A DNA stretch of 64,000 bases, taken from assembly GCA_963674945.2 (NCBI GenBank), contig CAXXWQ010000004.1:704001-768000 (forward strand), written 5' to 3'. A program made the position numbers and the translations under genes. The notes under the pieces are model-generated. The model saw only the letters and a program-made list of their open reading frames with translations, searched no databases and was not told the origin of the DNA. Each line of letters begins with the position of its first letter. The first letter of the stretch is position 1. The stretch comes from an uncultured Desulfosarcina sp. Lineage in GTDB: Bacteria; Desulfobacterota; Desulfobacteria; Desulfobacterales; Desulfosarcinaceae. This document shows, one piece after another, positions 57,214-64,000 of the stretch.

Positions 57214-57633
57214 CTACGGTCCCGTTTGCTGGATCGAGGCTCTCCTTTCCATTGCATTTGCTTCATGAACAATCGACGCGCTGGAGGCTACGGAATGAGG
57301 CAAATATCCGCATCGAAATTTCGTGCTCTCATCGAGCCCTGCCTCCACTGCCTGCATGAAACGCTTCATACCCACCGAATCCATGCATTCAAACGTAAAC
57401 ACCATCACGGCACAACGTGGAAAAATACCTTTGATTTGATTGAAAACATCCCACCCCGAGTAATTGTCAAATGCGTGTCTGATCAGAATCAAATCCGGCT
57501 CACGACCACGAGGCGGATTGATCACTGTTTCAAGCCGGTCGGTTCGATCAACATCATGACGATTTCGGATCAACGTGAGTTTGAGAAGTGCGGATCCAGA
57601 TCTGCCGTCGTCAAGGATCAATATTCTCGCCAT
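57214..57633 (-). CDS. Single-domain receiver-like protein (atypical)
   Basis: RILILDD, PDLILI and SGWDV segments. SD AAGGA. The phospho-acceptor Asp is absent. Confidence 0.65.
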   Translation of the reverse strand: MARILILDDGRSGSALLKLTLIRNRHDVDRTDRLETVINPPRGREPDLILIRHAFDNYSGWDVFNQIKGIFPRCAVMVFTFECMDSVGMKRFMQAVEAGLDESTKFRCGYLPHSVASSASIVHEANAMERRASIQQTGP

Positions 57634-57690
57634 TTGTATTCCTTTGTTTGACGTTTTCTCTTCTGTCGTCTCTCATCCATCACTCAAATT

Positions 57691-57706
57691 TGCAATACGC
57701 CTGCCA
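57691..57706 (-). promoter_or_regulatory. Sigma54 promoter
   Basis: Minus strand TGGCAG-GCGTA-TTGCA, 57 bp upstream of the ATG at 57633. Confidence 0.75.
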
Positions 57707-58171
57707 AAACTGTATTCGTATTTATCGAACTGATATTGCACCTCTTCCGGTAATTCCCGGAAAACGCGGTCATCCCACCATTGTCGAAATCCTTTACACT
57801 TTGGAAAGATTTGGATACGATCACGATACCGGTCTCGTTTCGCGGCTGAGTTTCAAATCGGTGCATTAGAAACAAATTTTCCGAAGATGGAATAGTTGCG
57901 CAAGGGTAAAACGGCAGCGATCGTACATAGAGTCGTAATCGATTGTATTTGATGAAAAATAATCGGGAGTGACTGGAACGATCATCATTGGTTAAAAAAT
58001 ATAAAAGCATCTGGCATATGTCAAATGAAAAGCGATAGGATGGCTACCTCTTCATTGGTTTGAGACGACGAACCGTGAAATATGGTCTATATTTTGCTGC
58101 CTGGGATGGTATTCGTCCAGAATCAGGAAAATTTGGATGATCCGTTATCCACCGTCGCCAGAAGGTTCCCT

Positions 58172-59041
58172 ATGAATGGCTCTTTCGAACGACCAAATCC
58201 TTTATACAAACTGACCGAACTGATTCTGGTTGTTTCTATTGTTTTCGGCATCGGATGGATTCGTTTTCTCACAGGCCCTGAATTTGCATTCTCTTTATTC
58301 TATTTGTTTCCCATCATCGTATTCACCTGGAGGAAAGGTTTATTCGGCGGCATACTGATTTCTCTATTGAGTGCCATATCGTGGCTTATCGGAGATCTTT
58401 ACATGGTTGATCGATTCTCACGGCCCCACGTACCATTCTTCAATGTCTCCTTCCGGCTCGCGGTATTTCTGTTCATCGTGTTTTTGATCGTGAGATACAA
58501 ACGGATCATGGAATCACTAAAAACACAGGCGATGATGGATCCATTGACAGGGATCACCAATCGGCGTGCCTTCTTCCAGCTGGCAAAAACCGAAATCGAT
58601 CGTTCCCGAAGGTACGACAACCCGTTCTCGGTCCTAGTCCTCGACATTGACGATTTCAAACAGATAAACGACCAATTTGGGCATCATACGGGCGATGATC
58701 TCCTGATAACGGTAGGGGAAACCATAAAACAGCACGTTCGCGCCATCGATATCGTTTCCCGCTTTGGCGGGGACGAATTCGTTATTTTGCTGATCAAGAC
58801 AAACAGGGATGCGGCTTTCCGGATTGCACAAAAAATTCGGCAGCAATTGCTGTACACGATGCAAAAGCACCATTGGCCGGTAACCTTCAGCATGGGGCTG
58901 GTTACCTTTCTCTTCGCTCCCGAAACTGTGGATGAAACCATCAAGGTTGCCGACGAATTGATGTACCAAGTCAAAAATAATGGCAAGGATGACGTAAAAC
59001 ATATGGTCATGCAGACAAAGTCGGCGATGTCAGGTACATGA
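58172..59041 (+). CDS. Membrane-anchored diguanylate cyclase
   Basis: About 4 TM helices, DPLTG, DIDDFKQIND, RAID (I-site) and RFGGDEF. Alternative start at 58082. Confidence 0.92.
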   Translation: MNGSFERPNPLYKLTELILVVSIVFGIGWIRFLTGPEFAFSLFYLFPIIVFTWRKGLFGGILISLLSAISWLIGDLYMVDRFSRPHVPFFNVSFRLAVFLFIVFLIVRYKRIMESLKTQAMMDPLTGITNRRAFFQLAKTEIDRSRRYDNPFSVLVLDIDDFKQINDQFGHHTGDDLLITVGETIKQHVRAIDIVSRFGGDEFVILLIKTNRDAAFRIAQKIRQQLLYTMQKHHWPVTFSMGLVTFLFAPETVDETIKVADELMYQVKNNGKDDVKHMVMQTKSAMSGT

Positions 59042-62000
59042 AACGAATGGGCAAGGATATTTTCAACTGGGTGTTGGGGATTGGCCTTTCTGGGATGATC
59101 ATTCTCACCAATGTGCTGTTTCCAGCCCAAGCACGATCCGATGGAACGCCGGTAAAAATTGGTGTCCTGGCCATTCGAGGGGTAGAGCAATGCCTGGAAG
59201 ACTGGCTCCCAACGGCAGACTATCTCTCCGAAAAAATACCCGGTCACCGGTTTATCATCGTGCCATTGGAACACGATCGGGTTTACCCCAGTGTGGAAGC
59301 GGGAGAAGTGGATTTCATCCTGGCCAACCCGGCATACTATGTGGGGTTGGAACGCTGGTACAAGGCCAATCGGATTGCAACACGCAAGACGATCTACAAT
59401 GGTCGCGTCCATACCCAATACGGCGGCGTGATTTTCTGCCGTCGGGATCGCAAAAACATTCGCAATCTCGACGACCTTAAGGGAAAATCCTTCATGGCCG
59501 TGTCCGAGACGTCCCTGGGCGGATGGCTCATGGCCTGGCGGGAACTCAAAGAAAATGGGATTGATCCATATCATGACTTCTCGTCCCTGCATTTTGTTCA
59601 AAACCAGGACGAGGTCGTCTATATGGTTCGCGATGGTCAGGCAGACGCGGGAACGGTAAGGACCGGTATTCTCGAGAAACTTTCCTCCATGGGAAAAATC
59701 GATCTATCCCAATTTTATGTGCTGCCCAAAACCCAGAAATCGAACGATCCGACACCGTACCTGTGCACCACACGTCAATATCCGGATTGGCCCATGGCCA
59801 AGGTTCTCCATACTTCAGACGAACTGGCCGAGAAGGTGGCCGTGGCCCTTGTGCAATTGCCCGCCGAATCGAAAGCGGCAATGGCAGCCGGATATGCCGG
59901 ATGGACCATTCCGTTGAATTACCAGTCGGTACACGAATGTATGATCGTCTTGAAGGTGGGACCGTACGCGAATATTGACAAAATTGCCCTGATCGGCGTT
60001 TTGCGAAAATACGGCCATTGGATCATTCTTGCCTGTTCTGCCTTTTGTATTTTGTTTGTTTTCACCGTCATCGTCTCGAAACTCAACCGTAAAATCAAGG
60101 CATCTAACGCATTGTTGAAGATCGAGATGGATCTTCACAAACAAAAAGACCGGGAACTCCAACAGGCAAAGGAAGAAGCGGAATCCGCTACCCGTGCCAA
60201 AAGCGAATTTCTGGCGAACATGAGCCATGAAATCCGAACACCGATGAACGGCGTCATCGTGGCAACGGATTTGGCGCTTGGTGAAACGGTATCACCGAAA
60301 GTCGAAAACTACCTGAAGATCATTCAAAGCTCCGCCTTCTCCCTACTCGGCATCATCAACGACATTCTCGATTTTTCCAAGATCGAAGCCGGCAAGATCA
60401 CTTTGAAGGAACGGATCTTTCGCCTGAGTGAGGTCTTCGATCGGGTGATGGAGGTCTTCGTCAACAAGGCCGCCGACAAAGGGATCGAACTCTTGGTGGA
60501 TATCGCCCCGGACACGTGCAAATTGGTTCTGGGTGATCCCCTGCGGCTGCAGCAGGTGCTGACCAACCTCATCAGCAACGCCATTAAATTCACGGAAACA
60601 GGCTCCATTCTTCTCAGCGTCGAGGAAAAGGACGACGAAACCGAAAAAACGGACGCAAACGAGATCAATTTGGAATTTCACGTGAAGGACACGGGTACGG
60701 GGATCGCTCCGGAGTATATGGAAATGCTCTTCGAACCGTTCAGCCAGGCGGACACCTCATCCACAAGGCAGTACGAAGGCACCGGTTTGGGGCTGACCAT
60801 CTGTAAGCAGTTGGTGACGCTCATGGGCGGGGACATCGGCGTGGAGTCTACCCTGAACGAAGGTAGTACCTTCTCCTTTACCGTTCGTATGCGCCGTCCC
60901 ATGGACGAACCCACGCCCGCCAAGTTTCTTGTCCCACCGGACATTCAAGGGCTCAACGTCCTCGTGGTGGACGATCTGTCCGACAGCCGGATTATCATGC
61001 GGAGAATGTTGTCTTCTTTGGGTTTTACGGTGCAGGCCCTGGCTTCGGGACCCGAGGCACTGAACCGGTTGAAGGACAATCAGCTACGCAGTAACCCCAT
61101 TGAGTTGATCCTGATGGACTGGAAAATGCCGGAGATGGACGGCATCGAGGTGTCAAGAAAGATCCGGCAGGAACTGAAGCTAACCATGCCCATCATCATG
61201 ATGACCGCCTTCGGCAAGGAGGAGCAACGCATTCAGGCGGAAAAGGCGGGGATCAACGGATTCTTGACCAAACCCATCTATCCGTCCACACTGTTCGACG
61301 CCATCATGGACGGCTTCGGCAAACAGGGTCGAAAGGGCACCGCCGTTCCAAAACATTTCACGACCCGGGCGTCCATGTATCGCAAGCCATTAAAAGGATT
61401 AAAGGTCCTGGTTGCCGAAGACAACCCAACGAACCAGCAGGTGGCGCAGGCCATGTTGGAAAAGGCCGGCATTTCGGTCACCATCGTTAAAAACGGAGAG
61501 GAGGCGGTTTCGGCCGTCCGTCAAAAACGATTCGATGCCATTTTAATGGATGTTCAGATGCCCAGGATGAACGGTTACGAGGCCACCCGGCTGATCCGAA
61601 AAGATCCCCAAAATGCGTCGCTTCCCATCGTTGCCATGACGGCCCACGCCATGAAAGGGGACGAGGAAAAATGTCTCGAGGCGGGAATGGACGGATACAT
61701 CTCCAAACCCGTTAACCAGGATCGGCTTTTTCTCACCCTTTGGCGCCTGTTGCGGTCCCGTTCGGACTTGCCGGAATCCATGGATACGGGCACCCTCCCC
61801 CAACCCCCGGAAAACCCATTGGACGACATCGAGGATAAAGAGAAGCAACCTTTTTCTGATATTGAAAAAACATCCAGGGAGTCGGCACAGCTTCCGGAAG
61901 AACTTCCCGGCATTCAGATTGCCCGGGCATTGGATGCTCTCAAGATCGACGAGACGACCTACATCCGAATCGTCATCGGATTTCATTCCGATAACCAGCA

Positions 62001-62514
62001 AACCGGCACAATGCTGCGACAGGCCTTTGAACAGGACGATACGGAACAACTTCTACAACTGGCCCATGGGCTCAAGGGAAGCGCCGCCAACATCGGTGCC
62101 GTGGCGTTGGAGGAAGCTGCAAAAGCCCTGGAAAAAGCCTGCCGGAAAAAATCTCTGTCAAATTCCGAAGGAACCGACCTGAAAGAAGCCATCGAAACGG
62201 TGGTGTCGGCTATGGAACAGGTCTTCGCGTCCATCGGATGGATTTCTGAGCAAGGCATATACGATGGCGAAATCTCGACACCAGGGCCGACCAGCCTGCC
62301 CTATGATGAGCTTTTGGATCGACTCATGCAGGCCCTGGAATCGGCCGATCCGGAACAGATCGCTGCAATCCTGCCGGACTTTACGAAGGCGGCCGCCCAA
62401 GGGAATTACTTGCCCCCCCATCGACGTAAGGTGGTGGAGAAGCAAATCAACAGCTACGATTACGATCAGGCATTGAAAACACTACGACAAACTGTTGACC
62501 AGGAAAAATCATGA
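59038..62514 (+). CDS. Hybrid sensor histidine kinase (PhnD-like periplasmic binding domain, HisKA, HATPase, 2 REC, Hpt)
   Basis: FLANMSHEIRTPMN, NAIKFT, GTGLGL, LMDWKMP, LMDVQMP and AHGLKGSA motifs. Confidence 0.95.
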   Translation: MKRMGKDIFNWVLGIGLSGMIILTNVLFPAQARSDGTPVKIGVLAIRGVEQCLEDWLPTADYLSEKIPGHRFIIVPLEHDRVYPSVEAGEVDFILANPAYYVGLERWYKANRIATRKTIYNGRVHTQYGGVIFCRRDRKNIRNLDDLKGKSFMAVSETSLGGWLMAWRELKENGIDPYHDFSSLHFVQNQDEVVYMVRDGQADAGTVRTGILEKLSSMGKIDLSQFYVLPKTQKSNDPTPYLCTTRQYPDWPMAKVLHTSDELAEKVAVALVQLPAESKAAMAAGYAGWTIPLNYQSVHECMIVLKVGPYANIDKIALIGVLRKYGHWIILACSAFCILFVFTVIVSKLNRKIKASNALLKIEMDLHKQKDRELQQAKEEAESATRAKSEFLANMSHEIRTPMNGVIVATDLALGETVSPKVENYLKIIQSSAFSLLGIINDILDFSKIEAGKITLKERIFRLSEVFDRVMEVFVNKAADKGIELLVDIAPDTCKLVLGDPLRLQQVLTNLISNAIKFTETGSILLSVEEKDDETEKTDANEINLEFHVKDTGTGIAPEYMEMLFEPFSQADTSSTRQYEGTGLGLTICKQLVTLMGGDIGVESTLNEGSTFSFTVRMRRPMDEPTPAKFLVPPDIQGLNVLVVDDLSDSRIIMRRMLSSLGFTVQALASGPEALNRLKDNQLRSNPIELILMDWKMPEMDGIEVSRKIRQELKLTMPIIMMTAFGKEEQRIQAEKAGINGFLTKPIYPSTLFDAIMDGFGKQGRKGTAVPKHFTTRASMYRKPLKGLKVLVAEDNPTNQQVAQAMLEKAGISVTIVKNGEEAVSAVRQKRFDAILMDVQMPRMNGYEATRLIRKDPQNASLPIVAMTAHAMKGDEEKCLEAGMDGYISKPVNQDRLFLTLWRLLRSRSDLPESMDTGTLPQPPENPLDDIEDKEKQPFSDIEKTSRESAQLPEELPGIQIARALDALKIDETTYIRIVIGFHSDNQQTGTMLRQAFEQDDTEQLLQLAHGLKGSAANIGAVALEEAAKALEKACRKKSLSNSEGTDLKEAIETVVSAMEQVFASIGWISEQGIYDGEISTPGPTSLPYDELLDRLMQALESADPEQIAAILPDFTKAAAQGNYLPPHRRKVVEKQINSYDYDQALKTLRQTVDQEKS

Positions 62515-63542
62515 CCCCATCTCGCCCCTTGCTGCTCATCGTGGATGACAACACCACCAATATCGACCTTCTGGTGGGAACGCTGAAATCGGAGTACCGA
62601 CTGGGAATCGCAAAAAATGGTGCGAGTGCCCTGGCATATGTGGAGAAGCAAACGCCGGACCTGATATTATTGGACATCATGATGCCGCAAATGGACGGCT
62701 ACGAGGTATGCCGACGACTGCAGGCCGATCCGGTAGCCGCCCCCATCCCCGTCATCTTCATTACGGCCATGGACGATACCCAAAGCAAAACCAAGGGATT
62801 TGAATTGGGCGCGGTGGACTTTATCACCAAGCCCTTTCACGCCTCGGAGGTAAAAGCACGGATAAAAACCCACCTGTCCATTGCACAGATGCGCCTTGCG
62901 CTCAAATCACAAAACAAGATTCTGGCAGATAAGGTTGCACGCCAGACCGCCGAAATTCAACAGATGTTGGACGCCGCCATCCGCAGCATGTCTCGCATGG
63001 TCGAAATTCGAGATCCGTATACCGCCGGCCACCAGCAGCGCGTGGCCAGGCTGGCCTGTGCCATCGCAGAGAAGATGGGACTATCATCCGATTTTATCGC
63101 GGGGCTACGGATCGCGGGGTGTTTGCATGACGTGGGAAAAATCCGTATCCCCGTTTCCATTCTCAGCCGTGCCGGCGAGTTGGAGGCGGCAGAGCTGGAG
63201 ATGATCAAGATTCATCCCCAGATCAGTTTCGAAATTTTACATGACATTCCTTTCCCGTGGCCTGTGGCCCAGGCGGTCTACCAGCACCATGAACGGTTGG
63301 ATGGATCGGGCTATCCTCGCGGCCTGTCCGGCGATGATATTTTGCTGGAGGCAAAAATTTTGGCCGTTGCCGACACCACAGAGGCGACCAGTTCCTTTCG
63401 GCCCTACCGGCCGGCCAACGGAATCGAAGCGGCGCTTTTGAAAATCGAACAGGGAAAAGGCAAACTTTTCGATGCCGACGTGGTTGAGGCATGTCAGGCG
63501 CTTTTTACCGAGGGCGCGTTTACTTTTGACGAAGAAAGGTGA
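62511..63542 (+). CDS. Response regulator with HD-GYP phosphodiesterase domain
   Basis: LLDIMMP, HDVGK and HHERLDGSGYP motifs. Confidence 0.93.
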   Translation: MTPSRPLLLIVDDNTTNIDLLVGTLKSEYRLGIAKNGASALAYVEKQTPDLILLDIMMPQMDGYEVCRRLQADPVAAPIPVIFITAMDDTQSKTKGFELGAVDFITKPFHASEVKARIKTHLSIAQMRLALKSQNKILADKVARQTAEIQQMLDAAIRSMSRMVEIRDPYTAGHQQRVARLACAIAEKMGLSSDFIAGLRIAGCLHDVGKIRIPVSILSRAGELEAAELEMIKIHPQISFEILHDIPFPWPVAQAVYQHHERLDGSGYPRGLSGDDILLEAKILAVADTTEATSSFRPYRPANGIEAALLKIEQGKGKLFDADVVEACQALFTEGAFTFDEER

Positions 63543-63544
63543 TC

Positions 63545-64000
63545 ATGACAAATAAATACGATGCCCTTGTAATCGGTTCCGGCACCGCCGGCCAGACCGC
63601 TGCCTATGATATGAATGACAACGGTCTGAAAGTCGGATTGGTGGAACACAGCTTACAACCCGGAGGTGTTTGTGCCCTGAAGGGTTGCCAGGCCAAGAAA
63701 TGGTTTTACGAGGCAGCGGAAACCGTGGCACGATCCCGCCACCTTTCCGGCATCGGCATCACCGCAACCGCATCTGCCAGGTGGTCCGATCTGCGCGACG
63801 CCAAAAACCGTTTCACGGAACGGGTGCCCGAAAGCACAATAACAGGGTTGAAAAAGGCAGGCATTGACTTTATCCGGGGACGCGCCCGATTGCATGATCA
63901 CCATTCCATTGTCGTCGACGACAGGGAAATATCGGCCCGCTATATTGTCCTGGCCACCGGCGCCGTTCCCATGCCCCTTCCCATGGATGGTGCCGATCTG
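63545..64000 (+). CDS. Class I pyridine nucleotide-disulfide oxidoreductase (glutathione reductase / dihydrolipoamide dehydrogenase family), 3' truncated
   Basis: Own translation: MTNKYDALVIGSGTAG...GGVCALKGCQAKK...LATGA. Confidence 0.85.
   Translation, partial: MTNKYDALVIGSGTAGQTAAYDMNDNGLKVGLVEHSLQPGGVCALKGCQAKKWFYEAAETVARSRHLSGIGITATASARWSDLRDAKNRFTERVPESTITGLKKAGIDFIRGRARLHDHHSIVVDDREISARYIVLATGAVPMPLPMDGADL

Noticed and set aside
1..64000. tRNA, rRNA, CRISPR arrays, microcompartment shell genes, selenocysteine read-through
   Set aside because: None was seen by eye. A covariance-model scan would be needed to exclude small RNAs.

Overview
This looks like a window from an anaerobic Gram-negative bacterium. 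Gene content and repeat style suggest Desulfobacterota/deltaproteobacteria, but that is inference. From left to right it contains: (1) the tail of a lipoate-assembly-type operon (radical SAM, LplA-DUF116 fusion, GGR-like flavoprotein); (2) a DUF1302-DUF1329-YCF48-RND/MMPL hydrophobic-substrate uptake operon and a USP gene; (3) a sigma54-controlled MFP-RND-TolC efflux unit with its divergent activator; (4) a ~30 kb catabolic island (about 20.6-50.9 kb); (5) a secreted DUF4091/GH123-like gene split by a 2456-bp IS with a 5-bp target duplication; (6) a sigma54-driven pseudo-receiver and a J-domain gene; (7) a GGDEF / hybrid kinase / HD-GYP c-di-GMP module and the start of a disulfide oxidoreductase. 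The catabolic island is built around three glycyl radical enzymes whose Cys loop reads GCVN, a motif I cannot assign to any characterised GRE class. It also has two activating enzymes, a FadL-type porin, an Fe-S flavoprotein, a Cys-rich hypothetical, a CoA ligase, a 4-hydroxybutyryl-CoA dehydratase, KstD-like and OYE flavoenzymes, three SDRs, two tandem-domain Lrp regulators, MarR, and two PanB-fold proteins that lack the PanB metal ligands and flank a trigger-factor C-domain-only protein. This GRE / pseudo-PanB island is the best candidate for an undescribed system. No rRNA, tRNA or CRISPR array was seen. All family assignments are by eye from motifs; no searches were run.
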